A stretch of 39,648 bases of DNA, taken from IMG/VR virus record IMGVR_UViG_3300027749_000231, positions 1-39,648 of that record; one strand, 5' to 3'. The notes beneath the pieces are model-generated. The model ran no database searches. It was not told the DNA's origin and was given only the letters and a program-made list of their open reading frames with translations. Source of the DNA: a virus (lineage: Duplodnaviria > Caudoviricetes). The position numbers and the translations under genes were made by a program. Of this stretch, positions 6,830-16,233 are shown one piece after another; position 1 is the first letter of the stretch, and each line of letters opens with the position of its first letter.

Positions 6830-7831
6830 ATGTCATTTGGCGATTCATTATTAAGTGCTGCAACATCAGTCGGCGGCATAGCAGCCGGCATTGGTATTGC
6901 TAGTAACCTAAGCGCGGCGCTTGGGACGGGCGCGAATATTCCAGGAGCATTATCAAGCGCAATGCGAAGTCTTAATTTGCCGCCAGCTGGTCAAGCAATT
7001 GCAGGACTGTTAGGAGCTGCATCGGCAACATTTGGCGGAGATGTTAGCCCAAATGATTGGAGAGTTCGTTTAAGTCTAAGTAGCTGGCATAGTTTTCAAA
7101 CTAGTCATGTTCTTGCTCCTTTAAAAAATGCAGGCGGTTTGGTGTTTCCGTATACTCCGCAGATCAATATTGCCAGCGCCGCAAAATACACACCGATTAG
7201 CACAATACATACAAATTACACAATGCAATCATTTCAAAATAGTGATCCAGGATCAATCACTATTACCGCGCCAATGAACGTTGAAGATGCAACACAGGGG
7301 TTATATTGGATTGCAGCTGTGCATTATTTGCGTAGTTTAACAAAAATGTTTTCTGGACCAGATACACTAGCTGGTAATCCTCCTCCTATTATTTTCTTAA
7401 ACGGTTATGGAAATTATGTGTTTAAAAATGTTCCAGTAGTTGTAACACAATTTACAACCCAATTAGACAATGATTGCGATTACATAAGTGTTGATTTAGC
7501 AAGCACTGGCGGCCCATTAGGCGGCCTTGGTGGAATTGCATCAGGGTTAAATGACATTGCAAGTATTGCTGGTGCATCCGCTCTTGGGCTGGGCGGCATT
7601 GCAAACAAAATAAGTAGTGTAGCTTCTGGATTAGGTTCCATTGCTAACATAGCGAATACAGTATCTCAACTAACTGGCGGCGGCACTACTGGAGAAGTCA
7701 GTCATGTTCCTACTAAGAGTAGTTTTTCAGTAACTTTACAACCGGTGTATAGTAGAAGTAGTGTGAAAGATTTTAGTCTTGATACCTTTGTGCAAGGCGG
7801 TTATCTAAACAACTCATTTGGGTATATTTAA
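6830..7831 (+). CDS. Baseplate / tail-tube initiator-like protein (gp48/gp54-type)
   Basis: Core GLVFPYTPQI...GNPPPIIFLNGYGNYVFKNVPVVVTQF resembles tube-fold baseplate proteins. First gene of the baseplate cluster, with Gly/Ala/Ser-rich flanks. Confidence 0.55.
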   Translation: MSFGDSLLSAATSVGGIAAGIGIASNLSAALGTGANIPGALSSAMRSLNLPPAGQAIAGLLGAASATFGGDVSPNDWRVRLSLSSWHSFQTSHVLAPLKNAGGLVFPYTPQINIASAAKYTPISTIHTNYTMQSFQNSDPGSITITAPMNVEDATQGLYWIAAVHYLRSLTKMFSGPDTLAGNPPPIIFLNGYGNYVFKNVPVVVTQFTTQLDNDCDYISVDLASTGGPLGGLGGIASGLNDIASIAGASALGLGGIANKISSVASGLGSIANIANTVSQLTGGGTTGEVSHVPTKSSFSVTLQPVYSRSSVKDFSLDTFVQGGYLNNSFGYI

Positions 7832-7832
7832 T

Positions 7833-8132
7833 ATGGCAAAATATTCAAGCACCAGTCCTTGGTATAAAACACCAGTAACTAATAATTATCTAAATATTTT
7901 AACTATTCGTCCAGTTAGTTCTGAGACCGATGATTTCTTTTATCATATTGAAGCGCAATACGCATACCGTCCAGATTTATTAGCATATGACTTATATGGT
8001 ACATCTAACTTATGGTGGGTGTTCATGCAACGAAATTTAAATGTTATTCAAGATCCAATATTAGATTTTGTACCAGGCACTGGCATTTTTATTTGCAAAA
8101 AAAATAGTTTAGTAAAGGCATTGGGTTTATAA
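7833..8132 (+). CDS. LysM-like baseplate wedge protein (T4 gp53-like)
   Basis: YRPDLLAYDLYGTSNLWWVF motif. The ATG at 7833 directly follows the upstream TAA and is more plausible than the TTG at 7818. Confidence 0.8.
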   Translation: MAKYSSTSPWYKTPVTNNYLNILTIRPVSSETDDFFYHIEAQYAYRPDLLAYDLYGTSNLWWVFMQRNLNVIQDPILDFVPGTGIFICKKNSLVKALGL

Positions 8133-10564
8133 TGGGAATATTTGATCCATTGGGTTCTACTATATCAAATCTTGGCGCTACTTTATCGTCCGGTGCATCT
8201 AACGCAATAACTGCTGTAGAACACGGTCTAGCCTCTGGGCTGTCTGTTGCTACCAATGCATTATCTGGTATAACTTCGTCGTTTGGAAATTTACCAGGAT
8301 CACTATCAGGAGTACTATCGGGAGCCAACAGTTTTGGATCTTCTTTTGTATCTCTATCAAGCCCAGCCAATAGCGAATTTCCGTTGCCGAATTCGTTATT
8401 TGACTATGCAACTTACAACTGTCTTATTGGATTAGCAGCATTGCCTAAAGATTTTTTAGAAAATCCTGACAGTACTTACCGAGTGGGAGCAAGAGCTCCT
8501 TTAATTGCAAAATCTGCCAGCATTGATCCTGCCAATCGAGTTCGTTTATCAGAAGGGTCTTTTGAATTTTATATAGACGATCTTAAAATACATAGCATGG
8601 TTGGTTGGGAACAAGGTAAGAATACTAATGCACAAACACTATCATTTAAAATATTTGAACCATACAGTATGGGATTGTTTTTTGAAGCACTGCAAGTTAC
8701 TGCACAAAAACTAGGGTTTAAAAACTGGACAGATGCACCCTTCATGATAACACTTGAATTTCAAGGAAATAAAGAAGACGGCCAAATGGCATTTATTCCT
8801 AAAACGGATAGACAAATCCCAATTAATATAACTGACATACAGATGAGAGTTACCAATGAAGGTACACATTATGACTGTGTTGCAAACCCGTATAATCAAA
8901 CAGCACTAACCGACGGCTTCAAAAACTTTCAATCAGACATATCTATCAAAGGAACTACAGTACAAGAGATGTTGCAGTCAGGACCAAAAAGTTTAGAATC
9001 GGTTATTAATCAAAAACTACGAGAAGTTGCTAAGATCAACAACATAGAACGACCAGATAGAATATTAATTTTATTTCCAAAAGAAGCTGCATCAGAAGTA
9101 ACTAGCAGTGGATCGACATCCGGCGATACTGAATCCAATCCCGATACAAATGCAGCAACAACATCGCCTGATCCAATTAATGTTAGCGATAGCAAATCTG
9201 TAACTATAAAATTAAATGTTACTGAAACCGAACACAATAATCTAATCCAAGCCAAGGAAGATGTTAACGATATTGGTAGATCCAAGATGGGTTTTGATCA
9301 AGCTCGCCGGGGTGATGCTCCTATGGGTAATGACAGAGACGTTTATGATAGAGAAGGTAAAATCATGAGTCGTAATAAAAACCCTATTGATGTGAATCAA
9401 TCGGATATGAAATTTAGACAAGACACTGATATTTTAAACGCCATAAACCAGGTTATATTACAAAGTGAATTCATTGATCAAACATTGGATCCTGGTGCTG
9501 TTACAGCAGAAGGATATAAAGGTTGGTGGAATATTGATACACAAGTGTATATAATTGGTAACATGAACAAAGCTACAGGTGTTCCTCCTAAATTATTAGT
9601 TTATAGAGTATTACCATATAAACTACATATGAGTTCAGGCCCAACGCCACCAAACGTCAAGCCTGCTGGGGTTGCTGCACTTAAAAAACAAGTAGTAAAA
9701 GAATACAATTATATCTACACTGGAAAAAATGTTGATATACTTAAATTTGATATTAATTTTAAAGCTAATTTTAGAGGAGTATTACTAGCGGATGGCGGCA
9801 CGGCCAATCAAAGTGTAGTTACCCAAGCTAATACCAGCGGAGTTAAAGACAAAGATGTCCAAGAGATAGAAGCGATCACGCCAGGCAAAGATCCGTCAAC
9901 TGCTCCGTCTATCCCCACAAGCGTGAGCTATTTCCAAACATTGGCCAATACTGATAAATTTGGCGGCGGCGGCGCTGAAACACAAGCTACTAGAGCAGCT
10001 AGGATGTTCCACGATAGCGTTACAGCAGGGTTTGACATGATGTCTCTTACTATGACAATTGTAGGAGACCCGTATTACATTGCAATGAGCGGAACTGGAA
10101 ATTATACAGCTCAAGCATCAACTGAGAACCTCAATGAGGACGGAACAATAAATTACCAAACAGGCGAAGTGCATATTGTTGTTAATTTTAGAACTCCGAT
10201 TGATATTGACCTAAATAAAGGATTGTATAATTTTGGTAGTAATCCCACTGTGCCTGTACACAGTTTTAGTGGCTTATATAGAGTACAATCAATTGATAGT
10301 ACATTTTCAAAAAATCAATTTACACAAGATTTACAGCTATTTAGAATAAGAAATCAAGAACTTGGCGGTCCTGGCACAGCTGCAGCTGCAATGGCTGTGA
10401 CTAGAACAGAGCCATATAAAGGACCTGCTGATTCAGACGAAGTTAAAGGATCCAGCTCCTCGTCTCCTCCATCAGGAGATTCGCCAAATCAAGAGCCAAG
10501 TGAATCTGGAGCAGGCGATACGGAACCGGGAAGCACAGAAGGCCAAGAGGAATCAGGAACATAA
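8132..10564 (+). CDS. Baseplate hub protein (gp27 / GpD / VgrG N-terminal-like)
   Basis: Lies between gp53-like and gp5-like genes. C-terminal MTIVGDPYYI and GLYRVQSIDSTFSKNQFTQDLQLFR are typical of hub proteins. TAATG coupling. Confidence 0.6.
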   Translation: MGIFDPLGSTISNLGATLSSGASNAITAVEHGLASGLSVATNALSGITSSFGNLPGSLSGVLSGANSFGSSFVSLSSPANSEFPLPNSLFDYATYNCLIGLAALPKDFLENPDSTYRVGARAPLIAKSASIDPANRVRLSEGSFEFYIDDLKIHSMVGWEQGKNTNAQTLSFKIFEPYSMGLFFEALQVTAQKLGFKNWTDAPFMITLEFQGNKEDGQMAFIPKTDRQIPINITDIQMRVTNEGTHYDCVANPYNQTALTDGFKNFQSDISIKGTTVQEMLQSGPKSLESVINQKLREVAKINNIERPDRILILFPKEAASEVTSSGSTSGDTESNPDTNAATTSPDPINVSDSKSVTIKLNVTETEHNNLIQAKEDVNDIGRSKMGFDQARRGDAPMGNDRDVYDREGKIMSRNKNPIDVNQSDMKFRQDTDILNAINQVILQSEFIDQTLDPGAVTAEGYKGWWNIDTQVYIIGNMNKATGVPPKLLVYRVLPYKLHMSSGPTPPNVKPAGVAALKKQVVKEYNYIYTGKNVDILKFDINFKANFRGVLLADGGTANQSVVTQANTSGVKDKDVQEIEAITPGKDPSTAPSIPTSVSYFQTLANTDKFGGGGAETQATRAARMFHDSVTAGFDMMSLTMTIVGDPYYIAMSGTGNYTAQASTENLNEDGTINYQTGEVHIVVNFRTPIDIDLNKGLYNFGSNPTVPVHSFSGLYRVQSIDSTFSKNQFTQDLQLFRIRNQELGGPGTAAAAMAVTRTEPYKGPADSDEVKGSSSSSPPSGDSPNQEPSESGAGDTEPGSTEGQEESGT

Positions 10565-10565
10565 T

Positions 10566-12236
10566 ATGGGAAAATCTAATGACCCAACAGTCAGTACAAT
10601 TGCACAGCCGGATCCTAAACCCGGCCCGTTTTTAGCCAAAGTAGTTAGCAATGCTGATCCTACTTACATGGGGATTTTAGAAGTACAGATCTTAAGACCA
10701 ACTGGCGGAAGTACTAGCGAAGGCCAGTTGCATCAAGTAAAATACATGAGTCCTTTTTTTAGTGCAACAAATACAAACTACAACGGCGAAGATAACGATT
10801 ACAACAATACACAAAAGTCAGCAGGGTTTTGGATGGCACCCCCGGACCCTGGTCAAATTGTAATGATATTTTTTATTGACGGAGATCCTAGACAGGGATA
10901 TTGGATGGGATGTGTGCCCGACAGCTCCGCTAATTTTATGACTCCTGGAACAGCAGCGACTGAAAATTGTGTAGAAGGCGGCCTGGATACCCCTTACGGT
11001 TATGCAACGCGAGTTCCAGTTGCAGAATATAATAAAAGCGCACCTGAAAATAAAACACTCATTGACCCAAATAAAATTAAAAAACCTATCCATCCATTTG
11101 CACAGACCCTTGCAGATCAAGGATTGTTATTGGATGACATTCGTGGAATAACAACTAGTAGTTCTAGGAGAGAATCTCCCAGTATGGTTTTTGGTATTAG
11201 TACACAGGGTCCGTTGGATAAACAACCGGGATCACAAACAGGAAGTTATGGCAAACCTGAACATCTTATTAAAAACGGACCTGTAAGTAGATTAGGTGGC
11301 TCTTCGTTTATTATGGATGACGGGGACGATAAGTTTTTGAGGAAAAAATCTCCTAGTGAAGGCCCGCCTGAATACGCTGCAGTAGAAGAAAAAGAAAAAG
11401 GTGGCAAAGTTATTCGCCCGCACAACGAATTAATTCGATTGCGTACCCGTACTGGACATCAAATATTATTACATAATAGTGAAGATTTAATTTACATCAC
11501 TAATAGCCGAGGCACAGCATGGATTGAATTAACTAGTGATGGTAAAATAGATGTTTATGCACAAGATAGTATTAGTATACGTACACAAAACGATTTAAAT
11601 TTTTACGCTGATCGGGATATTAATATAGAAGCTGGCCGAAACTTTAATTTGAAAGTTGCAGAACGCCACCAAACAGAAGTAGGTATGGATAAAATTTGTA
11701 TTGTTAATGGCAATGTTGCTATACAAGTTGATGGAACACATGATGAAACAATTACTGGAGACACTGCAATTAGTATTGCAGGCGCATTAGATATAGCTGT
11801 TGGTGCAGGTACAAAATTGTCTTCAGTCGGCGATTTTGATCTTAATACAGGCGGTGGCAACAAGTTTACAGCAGGCGGCGGCACAGATATCAAGTCTGGC
11901 GGAAGCCACATTGAAACCGCCAGTGCTATTCATATGAATGGCCCTACGGCTGCATCGGCAGCATCTGCAGCATCTGCTACAGCCCCTGAGCCACTAAGTA
12001 CGTTTGATAATCCAACAGAAGTTGAAGGTAACACTATTACTAGTATTATGTTGCGGATTCCAACAACAGAACCTTATCCTCATCATGAAAACCTAGACCC
12101 TACAATGTTCAAGATAGATTTAACAGATAGAGAAGCTGGCAGTGCAATTGATCCGCCTGCGGCCTGGAAAGAATATTCCACATCAATTGATACATTTTCT
12201 CGTAATATTCCATTACAAGGTCAAATAGAAAACTAA
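10566..12236 (+). CDS. Baseplate central spike (gp5 / Vgr OB-fold plus beta-helix), no lysozyme domain
   Basis: AKVVSNADPTYMGILEV and GFWMAPPDPGQIVMIFF (OB-fold), RTRTGHQILLH, and short beta-strand repeats (GNVAIQVDGTHDETITGD). ATG at 10566 follows the upstream stop. Confidence 0.85.
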   Translation: MGKSNDPTVSTIAQPDPKPGPFLAKVVSNADPTYMGILEVQILRPTGGSTSEGQLHQVKYMSPFFSATNTNYNGEDNDYNNTQKSAGFWMAPPDPGQIVMIFFIDGDPRQGYWMGCVPDSSANFMTPGTAATENCVEGGLDTPYGYATRVPVAEYNKSAPENKTLIDPNKIKKPIHPFAQTLADQGLLLDDIRGITTSSSRRESPSMVFGISTQGPLDKQPGSQTGSYGKPEHLIKNGPVSRLGGSSFIMDDGDDKFLRKKSPSEGPPEYAAVEEKEKGGKVIRPHNELIRLRTRTGHQILLHNSEDLIYITNSRGTAWIELTSDGKIDVYAQDSISIRTQNDLNFYADRDINIEAGRNFNLKVAERHQTEVGMDKICIVNGNVAIQVDGTHDETITGDTAISIAGALDIAVGAGTKLSSVGDFDLNTGGGNKFTAGGGTDIKSGGSHIETASAIHMNGPTAASAASAASATAPEPLSTFDNPTEVEGNTITSIMLRIPTTEPYPHHENLDPTMFKIDLTDREAGSAIDPPAAWKEYSTSIDTFSRNIPLQGQIEN

Positions 12237-12256
12237 TACTCTGAGACAATATAACT

Positions 12257-12694
12257 ATGGCAAATACACTATACACCACCCATGAAGTACAAACACTTCC
12301 AGCACACCCAGCGCCTATTACACGACGTTATCGAGGATTTAGTACAATTAGTCGGTCAACTGAAAATTTTTCATTGTTTGACTTTGAATTAATTAAACAA
12401 GATTTGTTAAATCACTTTTATGTAAGACAAGGTGAACGTTTAATGAACCCGGCTTTTGGAACCATAATCTGGGATGTAATATTTGAACCGTTGACAAATG
12501 AAATACAAAATCTTATTTTACAAAATGTAAACGAGATCTTTAGTAGTGACCCTCGGGTACGAGCCAAGAGTATAGTTATTACTCCTTATGATACTGGTTT
12601 ACAAATACAATGCACACTAGAATATCTGCTTTACAACATACAAGAAAACATGAAATTAACATTTGATCAGAATAACGGGTTGACGCGACAATAA
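12257..12694 (+). CDS. gp25: Baseplate wedge / sheath initiator (T4 gp25-like)
   Basis: IKQDLLNHFYVRQGERLMNPAFGTIIWDVIFEP...DPRV is the GPW/gp25 signature. Confidence 0.9.
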   Translation: MANTLYTTHEVQTLPAHPAPITRRYRGFSTISRSTENFSLFDFELIKQDLLNHFYVRQGERLMNPAFGTIIWDVIFEPLTNEIQNLILQNVNEIFSSDPRVRAKSIVITPYDTGLQIQCTLEYLLYNIQENMKLTFDQNNGLTRQ

Positions 12695-12723
12695 ACTACC
12701 CACATAATTTGATCTAATAAATA
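12692..12723 (+). promoter_or_regulatory. Putative tripartite late promoter (second copy)
   Basis: TAAACTAC-CCA-CATAAT-TTGATCT-AATAAATA, followed by AGGA and the ATG at 12742. Confidence 0.7.
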
Positions 12724-12741
12724 CACTTATTAGGATTCATT

Positions 12742-15700
12742 ATGAGCTCAACGGATAGACAGAATAACCTGTTAATTGCTGAAAATTGGCAGAAAATTTA
12801 TCAGTCATTTAAGAATGCGGATTTTCAAAGCTATGACTTTGAAAATTTACGACGCACAATGATTGATTACATCCGTACGAATTTTCCTGAAGATTTTAAC
12901 GATTACATTGAGTCCAGCGAATACCTTGCCCTTATCGACCTTATAGCATTTGTGGGTCAAAGCATAGCTTTCCGTGTGGATTTGAATGCCCGTGAAAACT
13001 TCTTAGAACTAGCAGAACGCAGAGATAGTATTCTTCGATTAAGCAGAATGATTGGATACAATGCCAGCCGTAATCAAGCAGCAACGGGCCTTTTAAAATT
13101 TAATACAGTTAGTACTACCGAATCTATTATTGACAGTAACGGTAGGAATCTTGCAGGACAAACTATTCAATGGAACGACCCTAGCAACGTTAATTGGTAT
13201 GACCAGTTTATTAAAATAGTAAATGCAGCACTTCCACAGAATCATCAATTTGGTACTCCTGTTGATTCTGCTAAGATATACGGCATTCCTACTGCACAGT
13301 ATAGATTTAATTCATCTAACAACAATGTTCCAATTTATAATTTTACAAAAACTGTATCTGGACGTAGTATGAATTTTGAAGTAACTAGTACAACTTTTAA
13401 AGGAGAAACGTATATTTACGAAGAACCTCCTAAAGTGGGCAATAGTATTGCATTTGTTTATAGAGATGACGGCTTTGGAGCCACTAGTCCCACAACCGGA
13501 TTCTTTTTTAATTTTACACAAGGTACTTTGAACAACGGTTCTTTTTCAGTAACGCACCCGGTTAGTAATCAAACAGTAGACATTGCTACACAAAATATTA
13601 ATAATACTGATATTTGGATATACTCAATTGATCAAAATACTGGATTGGAAACTGAACTATGGACACAAGTTCCTTCGACGACTGGTAACAACGTTATCTA
13701 TAATAGTTTAAATTCAAAAATTAAAAACATTTATAGTGTTGTTACTAGAGCAGGCGATGCAATTACCCTTAATTTCAGTGACGGAATTTTTGGAAATTTA
13801 CCGTTAGGACAATTTAGAATCTACTATAGAGTTAGCAATGCACTCAAATACTCAGTTAACCCAGCCGATATTGTTAATATTAATGTGTCTATTCCTTATA
13901 TCAGTACACGGAATAAAATTGAAACACTTAGTATTAGTTTAAGTTTACCCACTAGTGTGTCAAATTCAAGTACAGCAGAAACAAATGCTAGTATTAAAAC
14001 TAATGCACCTCAAACTTACTACATGCAAGATCGTATGGTTACTGGAGAAGATTATAATATTGGTCCGCTAAGTGCAAATCTTTCAGTGGCTAAAGTTAAA
14101 GCTATTAACAGAACAAGTAGCGGAATTAGCAGATATTTTGATCTAACTGATCCAACTGGAAAATATTCTAAAACAAATTTGTTTGCTGATGACGGCGTAA
14201 TATATCAAGAAATATATATTTCTAATATAAATTTTTCATACACTACTCAAACTGATATCCAGGGTGTAATTTATAATACTGTTTACGATTTATTAAACAC
14301 TCCTGATTTAAGAAACTTTTATTATGCAAATTATTTAGATTTTTTAAATGTTAGCCTTAACATACAATGGAACAGTGTTACATCTGACAGTAATAGTTCC
14401 ACTGGTTATATAAGTTTAATCAATAATATTCCTGGAATTTTTCTTTCGCCTCTCGCGGTAGGTACATACTCATCAACCGATTTAAAATACCTTACAGTGG
14501 GTTCGTTAATTAAATTTGTTGCACCAACAGGATACTATTTTGATACTTCTAATAATAATGTACTTGTTCGTGGAACAGCTAATGTTTTAAATTCTTCAAC
14601 ATATGTTTGGGCAGAAGTAGTAAATGTTGTTGATAATGGTACAGCTGGCGGCAAAGGTATATTACCAACAAATTCAGGCCCAATAACATTGAACAAATCA
14701 ATTCCTAATACTGCTATTGCTACTCAAATAATTCCGCAATTTACTGTTACTATTAGTCCTACTGTTGTTACGGGAATGATAGATAAAATATTTGCCAATC
14801 TTAATTTTGGGTTAAGATACGATGCACCAACACAAAGTTGGCAACTTATATCAGCTGCTAATTTAAATACAATTGATCAATTTAATTTAGGTAATCAAGG
14901 CAATACTGATAACCTGCAATTAGATTCTAGTTGGTTGGTATTATTTACGACTGATACTGAAAAGTATACTATAACAACAAGGAATTTGCGTTATATCTTT
15001 GAAAGTGATAAAGATATCACTTTCTATTTTGATACAAATACAGTTGTTTATGATACTGTATCAAGCACTACTATATTAGATACAATTAAAATTCTTAGTG
15101 TTAACACCAAACCCGATAGTACTAGTCCTTTTACACTAGATTTAACATGGGAAGTTACCTCGGCATATACAGGAAAAGACGGCTATATTGATCCTAAAAA
15201 AATTATATTAACATTTGCAAATTCTGGCGGATCTAACGTGGTAGATAATCCGCAATTGTTTTTAGACATAGTAGATCCGTCTGCAAATCCATTATCTAAA
15301 TATATTGTTGAACAGAGATATTCTGTATCATCGGGACAGGAAGATTACAAATATATACTAAATGATCCACGTAAAGGACCAGTTAGAATATTCAGTAGTC
15401 AACGTGATCCTAATTTGGGATCGTTAAAGCAGTATGCTGACGGTTCTTATTTTTATTTTCTTGACTCAGCAACAGTGTTTAAGTTAAAATTATCTACAGG
15501 GCACCTATCGCCTACTTTAGATTATAAAATATATATTGGAAGAGATAGATTAAAATTTCAATATGTTCATAGTGCAGACTATGATAGTAGAATAGATCCT
15601 GGTAATAGCAATATTATGGATATCTATATATTAACTACTGGTTACGATACGGCATTTAGACAATGGGTAACTAACGGTGCCGCTGGAATTAAACCACTTC

Positions 15701-16233
15701 CTCCTAGTAGCAGTGAATTAAATAGTTTATTAAGCTCTAATTTAAACTTAATTAAATCTATAAGCGACGAAATAATATATCATCCAGTAAATTATACGTT
15801 GCTATTTGGATCAAATGCTGACATATCTCTGCAAGCAAATTTTAATGCAATGATAAACGCAAACAGTGCTGTGTCAAATTCAGATGTACAAGCAAGAATA
15901 CTGAAAGCAATTAATACTTTCTTTGCATTGGATAATTGGGAATTTGGAGACACATTTTATTTTACAGAGTTGAGTACATATGTTATGAATCAGCTGGCTC
16001 CTGACTTGATTTCTTTTGTAATAGTTCCGGTGCAACCCGATCATTTCTTTGGAGCTTTATTTGAAATTCAATGCTCTACTGACAGTATATTTTTAAGTTG
16101 TGCTACAACAGATAATATTATTGTTGTAAACGGGTTAACTAGCAGCAATTTAAAAACCATTGGCATATCGCCTGCAAGTAGTCTAACGACCAATCAAACA
16201 GTAACTAGCAATGCAATCGGAGGAACTATTTAA
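12742..16233 (+). CDS. Baseplate wedge protein (T4 gp6-like), 1163 aa
   Basis: YDFENLRRTMIDY...FNDYIESSE..ALIDLIA...ENFLELAERRDSILRLSRMIGY, FSDGIFG and QDRMVTGEDY are gp6/baseplate-J-like motifs. Follows gp25. Confidence 0.85.
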   Translation: MSSTDRQNNLLIAENWQKIYQSFKNADFQSYDFENLRRTMIDYIRTNFPEDFNDYIESSEYLALIDLIAFVGQSIAFRVDLNARENFLELAERRDSILRLSRMIGYNASRNQAATGLLKFNTVSTTESIIDSNGRNLAGQTIQWNDPSNVNWYDQFIKIVNAALPQNHQFGTPVDSAKIYGIPTAQYRFNSSNNNVPIYNFTKTVSGRSMNFEVTSTTFKGETYIYEEPPKVGNSIAFVYRDDGFGATSPTTGFFFNFTQGTLNNGSFSVTHPVSNQTVDIATQNINNTDIWIYSIDQNTGLETELWTQVPSTTGNNVIYNSLNSKIKNIYSVVTRAGDAITLNFSDGIFGNLPLGQFRIYYRVSNALKYSVNPADIVNINVSIPYISTRNKIETLSISLSLPTSVSNSSTAETNASIKTNAPQTYYMQDRMVTGEDYNIGPLSANLSVAKVKAINRTSSGISRYFDLTDPTGKYSKTNLFADDGVIYQEIYISNINFSYTTQTDIQGVIYNTVYDLLNTPDLRNFYYANYLDFLNVSLNIQWNSVTSDSNSSTGYISLINNIPGIFLSPLAVGTYSSTDLKYLTVGSLIKFVAPTGYYFDTSNNNVLVRGTANVLNSSTYVWAEVVNVVDNGTAGGKGILPTNSGPITLNKSIPNTAIATQIIPQFTVTISPTVVTGMIDKIFANLNFGLRYDAPTQSWQLISAANLNTIDQFNLGNQGNTDNLQLDSSWLVLFTTDTEKYTITTRNLRYIFESDKDITFYFDTNTVVYDTVSSTTILDTIKILSVNTKPDSTSPFTLDLTWEVTSAYTGKDGYIDPKKIILTFANSGGSNVVDNPQLFLDIVDPSANPLSKYIVEQRYSVSSGQEDYKYILNDPRKGPVRIFSSQRDPNLGSLKQYADGSYFYFLDSATVFKLKLSTGHLSPTLDYKIYIGRDRLKFQYVHSADYDSRIDPGNSNIMDIYILTTGYDTAFRQWVTNGAAGIKPLPPSSSELNSLLSSNLNLIKSISDEIIYHPVNYTLLFGSNADISLQANFNAMINANSAVSNSDVQARILKAINTFFALDNWEFGDTFYFTELSTYVMNQLAPDLISFVIVPVQPDHFFGALFEIQCSTDSIFLSCATTDNIIVVNGLTSSNLKTIGISPASSLTTNQTVTSNAIGGTI

